Below the pieces are notes generated by a model. That model did not search any database and had not been told where the DNA came from. It worked only from the letters and a program-made list of their open reading frames with translations. Below, one piece after another: positions 27,946-37,923 of a DNA stretch of 64,000 nt. The position numbers and the translations under genes are program-made. The DNA is from Candidatus Woesearchaeota archaeon (GTDB lineage Archaea; Nanobdellota; Nanobdellia; Woesearchaeales; JAZDKJ01). The DNA is taken from contig JAZDKJ010000006.1 in NCBI GenBank assembly GCA_043803105.1, forward strand, positions 160,001 to 224,000, in the 5' to 3' direction. Within the stretch, counting starts at the first letter, position 1; each line of letters starts with the position of its first letter.

Positions 27946-28848
27946 TCAACCAAGGATTGAGCTAAGTGCTTTGCTTAGGTCGTCATGCATTGCTTCGCAG
28001 TATCCGTGCCCACAGCCCTGTGCAATGTTAAACACCTTTGGTTCCTTGGCCTTGGCAAATGTCTGTTCTGCCTCTTCCAAAGGCACCTTTGAGTCATTGC
28101 TTCCGTGTATCATCACCAATTTGTTTGGAGAAATCCTCGCTATGTAGTTGTCCGGGTCTATAGAAAGCATGAATTTATTTTCAGGGCTGTTGTCATTTGA
28201 AATATGAAATCCTGCGCTGCTTATTGCTATTACTCCTTTTATGTTCTTGTCGAGCGCTGCTGCAATGATTGCATATCTTCCTCCCATGCTAAGGCCTGCT
28301 ATTGCGATCCTTGTCTTGTCAACATTTTTTACCTCTTTCAATACGTCAGTGGCTCTAAGAGCATCGAAAACACACATGTGCTGTACTGGTTCCTTTCCTT
28401 GGCTAAATAATTTGTAGTCATCCTCAAGGCTTAGATAATAGCCTCCTGTCTGCCCTATTCCTCTTTGGTCTATGGTTAGCACTGCATATCCCATGTTAGC
28501 GATTATTTCTGCGTGTTTTAGTTCTGCCTCCTTTGTTATCCCGCCTCCAGGCAGGAGAACCACTCCGGGCACATTTGTTGCTTTTGGCATGAGAAGGATT
28601 CCATAAATTAGGGTAGGATTATCCAGGAATTTTCTGCTTGCAAAACTTATGTCATAGACATCGAAGTTATTGTTCTGTGACCTTAGGCTTATTTGGAATT
28701 CTGGCTTTCCCCTTTCTGTTGAATAGCTGAAGCTGTCTTTGCCCATCCTATATACTTTGCCTTGCAGACGCGGAACAATGATAAATACTGCTATTAGAAT
28801 AACAAACGCCAACGCAAGAATTTTGAGTGTTCTTTTCTTTACTCGCAC
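27946..28848 (-). CDS. Membrane-anchored alpha/beta hydrolase
   Basis: GLSMGG nucleophile elbow, HGSND..VP, and GHG. Confidence 0.88.
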   Translation of the reverse strand: MRVKKRTLKILALAFVILIAVFIIVPRLQGKVYRMGKDSFSYSTERGKPEFQISLRSQNNNFDVYDISFASRKFLDNPTLIYGILLMPKATNVPGVVLLPGGGITKEAELKHAEIIANMGYAVLTIDQRGIGQTGGYYLSLEDDYKLFSQGKEPVQHMCVFDALRATDVLKEVKNVDKTRIAIAGLSMGGRYAIIAAALDKNIKGVIAISSAGFHISNDNSPENKFMLSIDPDNYIARISPNKLVMIHGSNDSKVPLEEAEQTFAKAKEPKVFNIAQGCGHGYCEAMHDDLSKALSSILG

Positions 28849-28905
28849 TTCCTTGCCACATTTCTTTCTTTATTTAAAGACTCTGGTTTTGTTGACCTTA
28901 CTGTC

Positions 28906-29670
28906 CTATTCTTTCTTGCTGATCTTCTGGAAGAACTCCATGACTTCCACAGGCAGAGCTATGACCACTGTGTTGGACGAGGTTGGCCCTAATCCATCTA
29001 GGGTCTGTAGTGTCCTGAGCTGCATTGCACCCCTTGATTTTCCCATGGTGTCTGCTGCACTCGCGAGGTTCTTTGCCGCATCCCTATCTCCCTCAGATTT
29101 TATTATTACAGCGCGCTTTTCTCTTTCAGCAGCAGCCTGTCTTGACATTATTCTTTTGAGGTCGTCCGGCACCTCAACATCCTGGAGCTTTATAACCTGG
29201 ACGTCCAGGCCCCACTGGTCTGTCTCCTTATCAACTATCTTTCTTATTTCGTCTCCAACATGTTGCCTTTCAGCCAACAATGTATCAAGCGACATTCCGC
29301 CTATGACATCCCTTAGCGCTGTCTGGGCGTACTGGGAGATTGCATATTCATAATTTTGTACCTTGATTATTGCATCCTGGACCTTGAGCACTTTGAAGAA
29401 AACCACTCCGTTCACGTCAATCGGCACATTGTCCTTTGTCATTACTTGCTGCTTGGTAATGTCCAGAGTGCGTATCCTCATGTCCACTCTGATCATTGTC
29501 TGGAATATTGTAAAAACAAAATTCAATCCAGGCTCTCTCACGCTTGTGAATTTCCCTAAAGTGAACACTATTCCTTTTTCGTACTGTTTCATTACCCTTA
29601 AACCGATAAGAACATAAAACACCACAATTCCAAGAACATACCACCATAATACCATAGTCTCAACCCCCAA
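28906..29670 (-). CDS. SPFH/stomatin (band 7) protein
   Basis: VDMRIRT.D...Q.VMTKDNV, AQTALRDVIG, QAAAEREKRA, AMQLRTLQTL. Confidence 0.95.
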   Translation of the reverse strand: MGVETMVLWWYVLGIVVFYVLIGLRVMKQYEKGIVFTLGKFTSVREPGLNFVFTIFQTMIRVDMRIRTLDITKQQVMTKDNVPIDVNGVVFFKVLKVQDAIIKVQNYEYAISQYAQTALRDVIGGMSLDTLLAERQHVGDEIRKIVDKETDQWGLDVQVIKLQDVEVPDDLKRIMSRQAAAEREKRAVIIKSEGDRDAAKNLASAADTMGKSRGAMQLRTLQTLDGLGPTSSNTVVIALPVEVMEFFQKISKKE

Positions 29671-29771
29671 GAACAGCTTTGTTATTTAGATATATAAAGT
29701 TAGCGAAAACATTGACTCAATAGCCTAGCCGGACCTTTGGAGCATAAATTCCTACATAAAAATCTTGTGGA

Positions 29772-29990
29772 TTACCGCTTTGAGTTCAAGCCCAGGAGAG
29801 TAATCACAAATATTGCCAGGTACATCACAAATCCATAAACGCATGTCGGTATTCCAAGCAGCCCTGCGCACCCTCCACCTATCGGGCAAACCCCTCTTAT
29901 CACTTCCCCAAATGATAGATAGCCTGAGAACAGCATGCCAGCAATCGATATCACTAATATAATAGTTAACGACGTCTTTTTTTGCATCTT
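29772..29990 (-). CDS. Small VKOR-like membrane protein
   Basis: Two TM helices with G.LFSGYLS, CP.GGC and LGIPTCVYG. Confidence 0.55.
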   Translation of the reverse strand, partial: KMQKKTSLTIILVISIAGMLFSGYLSFGEVIRGVCPIGGGCAGLLGIPTCVYGFVMYLAIFVITLLGLNSKR

Positions 29991-30065
29991 GCACCTCCCT
30001 TTTGTTCTTTTTAACCTATTCAACTATTTTAATCTTACCAAAACATCAGCCTTAAATATAGCTTT

Positions 30066-31061
30066 TTGATTCATCAGCCTACAATGTCTGAGGTCTATTT
30101 TGCAAAGAATATGGAAACCATTATCCGCAAGATTGATTATTCCAGGCTTGGTGAGAAGGTTGCAATCAAAGTCCATTTTGGAGAGCATGGCTGCAATACC
30201 TACATCAATCCCGAGTTGGTTCGTCAGCTCTTTGAGAAGGTTAAATCTCTAGGGAAAGGTGTTTCTTTAGTCGAGTGCAATGTACTTTACAAAGGTAGCA
30301 GGGTTAACAGCACAAAACATGTGAAGACTGCAAGAGAGCATGGTTTTGGCATGCCTATTGACATTCTGGATGGTGAGCATGGTAATGAGTTTGTCGATTT
30401 GCATGGCTGCAAGGTTGGCAAGGGAATAGAAAGGTATGACTCAATAATTGTTCTCAGTCATTTTAAGGGCCACATGGCTGTTGGTTTCGGTGGCGCAATG
30501 AAAAACCTTGGTATGGGTCTTGGAAGCAGGGCTGGAAAGCTGGATATGCACTCAAGCATCAAGCCTTCTGTAAATGAAAACTGCATTGGCTGCGGGATTT
30601 GCGTTGAAAATTGCAATGATAAAGCCATCTCAATTGTGCATGGCAAGGCAAAAATTGACAACCAAAAGTGCGTTGGCTGTGCCATGTGCATTTCTGTATG
30701 CAACAGCGGTGCTGTAAATATACCTTGGAGAGGCAGGACTTCTCATGAACTGCAAAGGAAGATAACAGAGTACTGCAAAGCATTGCTTGATCGTTTCCCA
30801 AGTGCGATTTTCATCAATGTTCTTGAGAAAATCACAAAAGAATGTGATTGCATGGGTACCTCCCAGAAGCCTTTGATGCCTGACATTGGCATCCTTTATT
30901 CAAACGACATTGTTGCAATAGAAAAAGCAAGCCTGGACTTGGTGAACAAATCATCAAATGGTCAATTTGATGGAATAAATTCAGCTGACAACAATTCTCA
31001 GGTAGAGTTTGCAGAAAAGCTTGGCCTGGGCAGCTCTAAGTACAGGCTCGTGGAGCTTTAG
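30066..31061 (+). CDS. DUF362 family Fe-S protein with 2x[4Fe-4S] ferredoxin domain
   Basis: KVHFGE.G, SHFKGH, GGAMKNLGMG, CIGCGICVENC, CVGCAMCISVC, CDC. Confidence 0.9.
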   Translation: MIHQPTMSEVYFAKNMETIIRKIDYSRLGEKVAIKVHFGEHGCNTYINPELVRQLFEKVKSLGKGVSLVECNVLYKGSRVNSTKHVKTAREHGFGMPIDILDGEHGNEFVDLHGCKVGKGIERYDSIIVLSHFKGHMAVGFGGAMKNLGMGLGSRAGKLDMHSSIKPSVNENCIGCGICVENCNDKAISIVHGKAKIDNQKCVGCAMCISVCNSGAVNIPWRGRTSHELQRKITEYCKALLDRFPSAIFINVLEKITKECDCMGTSQKPLMPDIGILYSNDIVAIEKASLDLVNKSSNGQFDGINSADNNSQVEFAEKLGLGSSKYRLVEL

Positions 31062-31198
31062 TTGAATTGGTTCTCGAATTCATCTTTGGAAACATAATTT
31101 GATGTTGCAATGAGTTTTCCGTTTTTGTAATATCTGTAACAGATTTTTGATCCATGAATTCCTAAGCCTTAATAAGCGGATTCTTAATTCCACTCGAT

Positions 31199-32536
31199 AT
31201 GAAAAGGATTTTGCTTGTCTACCCTCCCTTCTGCACTCCTGCCAGCCCTCCGTATTCGATTACTGCTTTGCACTCTTTTCTGAAAGCCAATTGCAGTGAA
31301 TCAATGCAGGTTCTCGACCTTAACCTGGAGTTTCACAAATTGAAGTTTCCAACTTATCAAGAATATTATCAGGATAGCTCCACTTGGAAAGATTATGACA
31401 AGATAACCAATGAATATCACGCCCTTACCTCCAAAGTTTATTCCGAAAACAACAAGTTGGTTGTTCGTGGCCTTGATCCTGAGCTTCTGGATGATTTGGT
31501 CAAAAAAATTAGGTCTTTTAAGCCGGATATTGTTGCTTTTAGCATCGTTTACTCCAGCCAGGCGTTTTACACCTATGCCCTGATTCGCAAGCTAAAAGAC
31601 TTGAAGTGTGTTGTTGGTGGCCCTGCAGTTAACAGCAAATTGGCTTCCATCGCGCACCAAGTGCTCGCAAACGAGCGTGAGCTTTTAGAATATATCACCG
31701 GAAAAAAAGACAATGCCTGTGAGTCTATCCCTGATTTCTCAATCTTTCCTTTACAAGAATATTTTACTCCAAAACCAGTTATCCCAATCAAGACCTCAAC
31801 AACTTGTTACTATCAGAAATGCGCTTTCTGTTCCCATTTTTCCAAGGTGCCTTACCGCGAGTACCCTCTGGAATTGATTAGGCAGACGATTGTGGCTTCA
31901 AAACAACAATACTTCTATTTGATTGATGACATGATCCCTCGTAAAAGATTATTAGCCATTGCAAAAACCATGAAGCCCCTAAATGTCAAATGGGCATGCC
32001 AACTAAGGCCCTCAGCTGAGTTTGATTACCAAACCCTAATAACACTTCGGGAATCTGGCCTCACAGTCATTATGTGGGGTGTCGAATCAGGAAACAATCG
32101 TGTATTAAAGCTGATCAACAAGGGAACAGATGTTGATGCTATCTCAAAAGTCCTTGCTGATTCCCATAAAGCTGGCATAAAGAATGTTGCTTATGTTATT
32201 GTGGGATTTCCAACCGAGACTGAAATTGAATTTGCTGAAACTGCAAGCTTCCTAAAGCAAAACTCCGAATTTATCGACATGGTTTCTCTTGCAGTTTTTG
32301 GTTTGCAGAAAGGCACTATTATTTACGATAATCCGGCAAAGTTTAGTTTGACAGGGATTGTTGAGCATTCCAGGACTATTCTTGACCCCAGGCTAACTTA
32401 CCAGGTCTCGCATGGCTTAACTCATGAAGAGGCCATCAAATTGCGAAGAAAGTACATGCCCGCACTTGAGAAAATCAACAAATATCCCAGGGCTATGAAC
32501 TTCTTTAGGGAGCATTTGCTTTGTTTGGTTGAATGA
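31199..32536 (+). CDS. B12-binding-domain radical SAM protein
   Basis: ILLVYPPF, DLNLEF, VGGP, CYYQKCAFC, WGVESG, IVGFPTET. Confidence 0.85.
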   Translation: MKRILLVYPPFCTPASPPYSITALHSFLKANCSESMQVLDLNLEFHKLKFPTYQEYYQDSSTWKDYDKITNEYHALTSKVYSENNKLVVRGLDPELLDDLVKKIRSFKPDIVAFSIVYSSQAFYTYALIRKLKDLKCVVGGPAVNSKLASIAHQVLANERELLEYITGKKDNACESIPDFSIFPLQEYFTPKPVIPIKTSTTCYYQKCAFCSHFSKVPYREYPLELIRQTIVASKQQYFYLIDDMIPRKRLLAIAKTMKPLNVKWACQLRPSAEFDYQTLITLRESGLTVIMWGVESGNNRVLKLINKGTDVDAISKVLADSHKAGIKNVAYVIVGFPTETEIEFAETASFLKQNSEFIDMVSLAVFGLQKGTIIYDNPAKFSLTGIVEHSRTILDPRLTYQVSHGLTHEEAIKLRRKYMPALEKINKYPRAMNFFREHLLCLVE

Positions 32537-32617
32537 TACAACAGGAATCCTGAGTGCGCTCTAATAAAGCGCACTTTTATAAATCCACAATAGACATGTT
32601 GGTTAAGGTGATAAACT

Positions 32618-32782
32618 ATGGCAGCAACCCCAAAAGGGCCTCAAAAAGTTAGGATTGATTATAACATCGACAAACCCACTTATGACGATTTTGTCAGGAT
32701 GTGTTCTAGCCAGGGATACGCTCCCAACATTATTGTGGAGCGCCTCATGAAAAAGTATATAGAGCAGGGCGGACGCCTCTAA
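32618..32782 (+). CDS. Small RHH-like protein (not in ORF track)
   Basis: Hand translation: MAATPKGPQKVRIDYNIDKPTYDDFVRMCSSQGYAPNIIVERLMKKYIEQGGRL. GGTGA RBS. Confidence 0.65.
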   Translation: MAATPKGPQKVRIDYNIDKPTYDDFVRMCSSQGYAPNIIVERLMKKYIEQGGRL

Positions 32783-32831
32783 TTGGCAAAAAAGTCGACC
32801 TTAATGCGTCTGTACTTAGCAAATTATTTTC

Positions 32832-33227
32832 CTAATGATGCTCTGCCTTTTCCGCATCAGCCTTTGTTTTGTGGATTGTCTTGTCAGGATGGTTCGGTGG
32901 TGAATATATTGTATATAACCTCACTTCCTTTGTTTTGGAATTATTGATTACATTGTGATAGGTTCCGGCTGGTACTATCACAGCATCCCCATCACCTACA
33001 ACGTGTGTCTCCTTTCCATTAAAGACAAATTTTGCCTCTCCCTCTTCTATGCGAAAGAACTGGTCAACATGATCGTGCACCTCGTTGCCTATCTCTTCAC
33101 CAGCCTGAAGACACATGACCACAAGCTGTGCGTGTTTCCCTGTAAAAATCACTCCCCTAAAATAATTGTTCTTCAAAGTTTCGTTCTCAATATTGCCAAA
33201 ATATCCTGTCATAATGCCCACCTCCAA
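32832..33227 (-). CDS. Cupin domain protein
   Basis: EIG.EVH..VDQFFR.E.G, VPAGTYHNV, LYTIYSPP.H. Confidence 0.92.
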   Translation of the reverse strand: MEVGIMTGYFGNIENETLKNNYFRGVIFTGKHAQLVVMCLQAGEEIGNEVHDHVDQFFRIEEGEAKFVFNGKETHVVGDGDAVIVPAGTYHNVINNSKTKEVRLYTIYSPPNHPDKTIHKTKADAEKAEHH

Positions 33228-33397
33228 TATGCAATAGGTTTCACTTGTATGCTTAGCGCTTTATAAATTTATTTAAAAGTCTTAAAGAAACTAGACAGCT
33301 CTTGGCTGGACTCTCAAACCTTGTACTAGACCTTCCCTCTATGGATCGTCGTTAGGTCTTAAGTTACTTTTTTATAGCTGGCAATGTTTCCTTTCAT

Positions 33398-33862
33398 ATG
33401 ATTGTCTATTTTACCAAAGAGAGCTATGAGCGGATGGTCCAAGAATTAAACAACCTTGAAGAAAAGACCAAGAAATTGTATAATCTGGTTAATGAGACTT
33501 GCGGTGGTGACTGGCATGATAATGCGAATTATGATAACCTTATGAGGGACATTGGACTCAGCGATTCTAGGATACGGGAAAGGAGAAATCAGTTGGCCCA
33601 GGCGAAAATAATATCCTACCCAACATCTGTTGATTCTGTGGTATTAGGTACCAAAGTAAATATCACCAAGGATGGTTCTCCTGACACAATTTGCATTGTT
33701 GCAGAAGGCGACACAGATATAACTGCAAAAAAAATCAGGTATGATGCACCCTTGGCCAGCCGATTACTAGGAAGCAAAGTTGGCGATTCTTATACTGCCA
33801 AAATTGGCAATAAGGATGTCAGGATTGAGATATTGGATGTTCAACCGATTGACAAACCTTAA
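33398..33862 (+). CDS. GreA/GreB-like transcript cleavage factor homolog
   Basis: YFT.E.Y, GD.HDNA.Y, V.LGT.V, I...APLA..LLG..VGD. Confidence 0.85.
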   Translation: MIVYFTKESYERMVQELNNLEEKTKKLYNLVNETCGGDWHDNANYDNLMRDIGLSDSRIRERRNQLAQAKIISYPTSVDSVVLGTKVNITKDGSPDTICIVAEGDTDITAKKIRYDAPLASRLLGSKVGDSYTAKIGNKDVRIEILDVQPIDKP

Positions 33863-33886
33863 ATATTGCTTGATTAAAGATTTACT

Positions 33887-34453
33887 ATGGAGATCGAGAT
33901 AAGGGCATTTGTAGAAGATTTTAGTCTAATCCAACTAAAACTAGCCGAGATTGGTACGACGCTTTTGGCAAACAACCATATTATTGATCTTTGGTTTTGT
34001 GAGAGCAGATATACTAAGTTTGAAGAAGTACAACAGGACAAACCAGGATCTTATGCTCTGCGCATACGACAATGTGATGATTCAAAAAGTCATAAGGTCG
34101 AATTGAATTGCAAGGTGCTTGAATTAGAGGGAGACCATAACGCATTTCATGAGTATGAGACAATTGTAGGTGACTTAGGGCAAACAAGAAAAATTCTTGA
34201 GGCCTTAGGTTTTAAGGTATTTTGCACAATTGACAAAATGCGGAAAACTTACAAGTTTGGAAATTGCACCATAAATCTTGAAGATATCAAGGGTTACAGA
34301 CCTGCAGTTGAGTTAGAGATAATTGATGATAAGGATATAGAGAATAATAAACTCAAGTTGCATAAATTAATGGGCCAGTTAAATATCCTGGAAGCAAACA
34401 AAATTGAAAAGAGTATAACTTACCTTTTTATGAAAGAGTTTTCGTTCAAGTAG
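33887..34453 (+). CDS. CYTH-domain protein (class IV adenylate cyclase/triphosphatase-like)
   Basis: N-terminal EIEIR (ExExK-like), ALRIR, EYET, K.R..Y, ELE. Confidence 0.88.
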   Translation: MEIEIRAFVEDFSLIQLKLAEIGTTLLANNHIIDLWFCESRYTKFEEVQQDKPGSYALRIRQCDDSKSHKVELNCKVLELEGDHNAFHEYETIVGDLGQTRKILEALGFKVFCTIDKMRKTYKFGNCTINLEDIKGYRPAVELEIIDDKDIENNKLKLHKLMGQLNILEANKIEKSITYLFMKEFSFK

Positions 34454-34491
34454 TCAAAATCAGCGAGTATGACATCCAAGTATGGGATATA

Positions 34492-36741
34492 TCATGCCAA
34501 CTCATTTTTTATCATGTTATGCAGTATTTCTTGAGAGTCGGAGAACATGTGGTCAGCCTCTACTGGAATATGTTTTAACTCAAAAAACTGGGCTATGCTT
34601 TCCGAATTTGCAGGATCAATTCGAGTGTCATGTATTGCACTAATGACTACAGTACTTTTTGGCACTCGGAATGCACGGACATCTATAGGTTCTCGATGTT
34701 CATAAGGTACTTGTTTCCTCTCGAAGAATGTGTTCAAGACAAAAGTTTTTCCAACTCTGCTGGAAAGGTTCAGCGCGACCGCCCCGCCGAAACTAAAACC
34801 TATGACAACATCAACCGAAAACTGTTCAATCATTCTAGTAACATCAATGCAGATCTCTCTGAATGGCCTATTATAGTTAAGCAATGGCATAATAACTTTG
34901 TATCCGTCGCGGTTCAAGGATTGTCTGAGTGAGATCAGTTCATCTAGTCGCGGATTGTAGCCCGGAAGGTAGAGGATTGTCGGCCCATCGCCATCAAATA
35001 TTTCTAACTCTTTTTTAGGGCAAACCATATATCGGAACTCAGAACAGTAGGATCCTTCAGAATCCCTCAACCACAGATTATGTGGTAAATAGGGTGAAAT
35101 CGATACTCCTTTTGAGGACAATTTGAGCATTTCGTATACCAGAAATGGATTCTGCACATCTACAAAAATGGGTTTTCTACTTGGTGAGTATCTTATGAAC
35201 ATTTTGTCTGGTAGCTTGTTGTGCAGTTGCCAATTATGGATTGCATCCATCATTCTCATGACAAAACCCCCAGTAATCTTTCTTGGCAACTTTATATCTG
35301 GGAGGTCAATCCATACGCTTTCCCTTAAGGTTGTCCTACTATGCGTTTCTGGACATAACACCTTCGCCAATCTGAGAACAACGCCTGGTAGGTAGTCACG
35401 AGCCCACATCTCCATATCTGAACTAGTCGAATTATATATCAACCGTCTGCCGATAGCTAAAGGGAAAAAAAGTAATTTTTTTGGATCATGCTGGTTGGTT
35501 GATCTGTAGGCATAAACCCTTGTGTATTTATTTGATATTTTGTTTGCCTGAGTGACAATCTCATTTTGGATATTTATGGGTATATGGTGGGTGAAATCCT
35601 TTCCTTTTTGGAGTATATAAGGTTGGAAATCAATTCTGTCCATAGTTATTTTTCGTATTGCTGAGACAAATTTGTCAACCAATTCATTTTTACGAAATTC
35701 GAACATGGGATTTGAGATTACTGTGGCCGAAACATGAATCTCGCCGATGATGATTACATGACCATTCTCCCCAAATTCAACACTTATGTCTGGAGCAAAC
35801 ATGGGTGGCATGACTTGATATGGATAATCAATCATGTCAGGTGAACTGATTCCTTTATCTATCATCTCTTGAATGGTCTCCTCTGAATATCTCAAGAAAT
35901 TATGGATGACAAACTCTTCAGTCTTGTCGCTGGGTATGTTATCCAGTAATTTTTTTGTCAGTAGGGTCAGATAAGCTCCAAAAATAGAGTTCAAAATGTC
36001 GAGGTCTTTCTTCAGTTTTGATCCCACCAAGAAAGAAAAAGGTCTCTTTTCAAGTTCAAAGAAGGTTTCGCGGCTTTCATAGTCTTTTTTTCTCCCAGTA
36101 ACGCTGTTCACATGAGGATTGGTGATCCCTTGGAAGATATCTTTCATTTCCATGAATAAGGTATCCCTCCGGTCAGATGCAAGTTCCAACCTGTATTGAT
36201 CCAGTAAATCCACAAGTCTATCTAACCTGGCATCTGAGTATTTACGAAGTATCGAATAATCTTCTAAAATTTTGCCATAGTCATCTTCAGATACCTTAAT
36301 CCCAAGATTATTAATGACTGCTTCCAGCGCCCAGTCTTCGAGCATGATGTACCTGTCACTTTTTTCCTCAAACAATTCAATGTTATCAGCAAAGTGATCA
36401 AACCTGCCTAAGGCCACTGGACCGTATGACCCTGCTGTGCAACATTTGCAAGCTGCTCTTTGTAGGTAGAGCATGGCTTTTCTGTGGTATTGTGATAAAA
36501 GTGATTTTGTTGATGAAAGCTTGCTTAGAAATGATAAGTAATTAGGTGTGGAGATTCGGGTCATGTCACGAAAACGCCGATCATTTCGGAGCTGGCCAAA
36601 ATTGTTAAACTGATTATCAGACTCTTCTGGTCCTATATTATGTCCTGTCCTGTATCTTTCCAGGATCTCGAAGGGCATACCTGAAGTTCGTAGCACCACA
36701 AAATTAATGGGTTCGTAGTTTATTTTATTTTCAAAGCACAT
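34492..36741 (-). CDS. Short LanB/PEARL-like (Lant_dehydr_N) enzyme fused to C-terminal alpha/beta hydrolase
   Basis: VLRTSGMP, YLQRAACK..T.G.YGPV..G, PDI....IIGEIH, LP...F....KP.FVD, P..LWLRD.EG.Y.SEFR. The tail has GFSFGG, D and ADH. Confidence 0.72.
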   Translation of the reverse strand: MCFENKINYEPINFVVLRTSGMPFEILERYRTGHNIGPEESDNQFNNFGQLRNDRRFRDMTRISTPNYLSFLSKLSSTKSLLSQYHRKAMLYLQRAACKCCTAGSYGPVALGRFDHFADNIELFEEKSDRYIMLEDWALEAVINNLGIKVSEDDYGKILEDYSILRKYSDARLDRLVDLLDQYRLELASDRRDTLFMEMKDIFQGITNPHVNSVTGRKKDYESRETFFELEKRPFSFLVGSKLKKDLDILNSIFGAYLTLLTKKLLDNIPSDKTEEFVIHNFLRYSEETIQEMIDKGISSPDMIDYPYQVMPPMFAPDISVEFGENGHVIIIGEIHVSATVISNPMFEFRKNELVDKFVSAIRKITMDRIDFQPYILQKGKDFTHHIPINIQNEIVTQANKISNKYTRVYAYRSTNQHDPKKLLFFPLAIGRRLIYNSTSSDMEMWARDYLPGVVLRLAKVLCPETHSRTTLRESVWIDLPDIKLPRKITGGFVMRMMDAIHNWQLHNKLPDKMFIRYSPSRKPIFVDVQNPFLVYEMLKLSSKGVSISPYLPHNLWLRDSEGSYCSEFRYMVCPKKELEIFDGDGPTILYLPGYNPRLDELISLRQSLNRDGYKVIMPLLNYNRPFREICIDVTRMIEQFSVDVVIGFSFGGAVALNLSSRVGKTFVLNTFFERKQVPYEHREPIDVRAFRVPKSTVVISAIHDTRIDPANSESIAQFFELKHIPVEADHMFSDSQEILHNMIKNELA

Positions 36742-36881
36742 TTTGGGAGGTTTGATTTTTTGTTCTGTGATGACATGATTCTCCTTGCCGATTCCGCAGG
36801 TATCTCATACACATTGCAGGTCTCGATATTACAGGCTAAATACCCAAACTTTTCTTTTCTCACTTTTATTTTTTCAGTCAT
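36720..36881 (-). CDS. 53-aa mini-protein, RRE/PqqD-like or precursor peptide (not in ORF track)
   Basis: Hand translation: MTEKIKVRKEKFGYLACNIETCNVYEIPAESARRIMSSQNKKSNLPKCALKIK. It fills the gap and overlaps both neighbours. Confidence 0.6.
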   Translation of the reverse strand: MTEKIKVRKEKFGYLACNIETCNVYEIPAESARRIMSSQNKKSNLPKCALKIK

Positions 36882-37923
36882 TTTTGCCCCAGCATATGGG
36901 ATCCTTGCCGCTCACGTGATTATTTACATAAATACTCCTTGCTCTGCATCCTCCGATACACAATGATCTTTCTTCGCAAGAAATACAATCTTTATCGACA
37001 GTTAGGCTGGCTTGTCTTAGTGCAGCCAAAACCTGGCTTCTCCAGATAGTGCTCAATTCTGTACGGAAAATATTGCCGAGTTTAGTGTCTAAAAATGGAC
37101 ATGGAAATACATCACCATTATAATCAATTCTCAAAAAATAGTCCCCGCAAAGCTTTCGGTATTTGACCAGATCTGTCTTGTGTAGCAGAAACGGAAAAAA
37201 TTGTGATTCGTCGATTGATATTTGAATATCCTTCCTTTTCTTCAAAATGTACAAATTTTTTGCTATCTCCCTTGCAGTATCTGGTTGAATGTTTAACTTA
37301 TCATAGTTTTGTAGGCCTCTGCCCATAGGTTTGAACCACGCGAAATTCATTCTTTTCACGCCTAACCTGATTGAGAGATTCACAATGTCGTTGAGGCTCT
37401 CCTTGTTTAGGTTTGTGATGACAGTCTTTGTAGTGACTGGAATTCCCTCATCAATCATCATTTGGATGCCATGACACACTTGAGCTAGGCTTGTACCGCT
37501 TCCCCTCTGTTTTCTGTAAATTGTCTGATCCGCAGCATCAAGACTGACATGAACTGATGCAAGGTTGTAGCTTGCAAGTTTGCGTGCATACCTCCTGTTT
37601 ACAAGAGTACCGTTTGTATTCATTATTATTCCGAACCTGCCTAGCAAATTATCCATTAGATACCAAATATGCTTATACATTAAAGGCTCACCACCAGTGA
37701 GTACAAAATAGAATATCTTGTTCTTTTCTGCTTGTTGAATTATTCTTGTCACACCATCCTTTGAAAGGAATTGTGCCTGATTGGAGGCATTTGCGCAGCA
37801 ATGTACACATGTGCAGTTGCATTGGGTAGTAACAAGAATATTTAGGTTAATGGGGCTGGAAAGGGCACGATATATTTTGCCATTTTCTCTGGCACATACT
37901 TGATAAAATGGTCTGACCCGCAA
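36874..37923 (-). CDS. Radical SAM/SPASM-domain protein
   Basis: CNCTCVHC, TGGEPL, TNG, SLD, and SPASM motif C...G.V.PC...C.SC...C.GGC...DP.C. Confidence 0.92.
   Translation of the reverse strand: MRVRPFYQVCARENGKIYRALSSPINLNILVTTQCNCTCVHCCANASNQAQFLSKDGVTRIIQQAEKNKIFYFVLTGGEPLMYKHIWYLMDNLLGRFGIIMNTNGTLVNRRYARKLASYNLASVHVSLDAADQTIYRKQRGSGTSLAQVCHGIQMMIDEGIPVTTKTVITNLNKESLNDIVNLSIRLGVKRMNFAWFKPMGRGLQNYDKLNIQPDTAREIAKNLYILKKRKDIQISIDESQFFPFLLHKTDLVKYRKLCGDYFLRIDYNGDVFPCPFLDTKLGNIFRTELSTIWRSQVLAALRQASLTVDKDCISCEERSLCIGGCRARSIYVNNHVSGKDPICWGKND

Noticed and set aside
31199-32536. B12-rSAM as part of the PEARL cluster
   Set aside because: It is separated from the cluster by unrelated RHH and cupin genes and lies in a different transcription unit, so linkage is unsupported.
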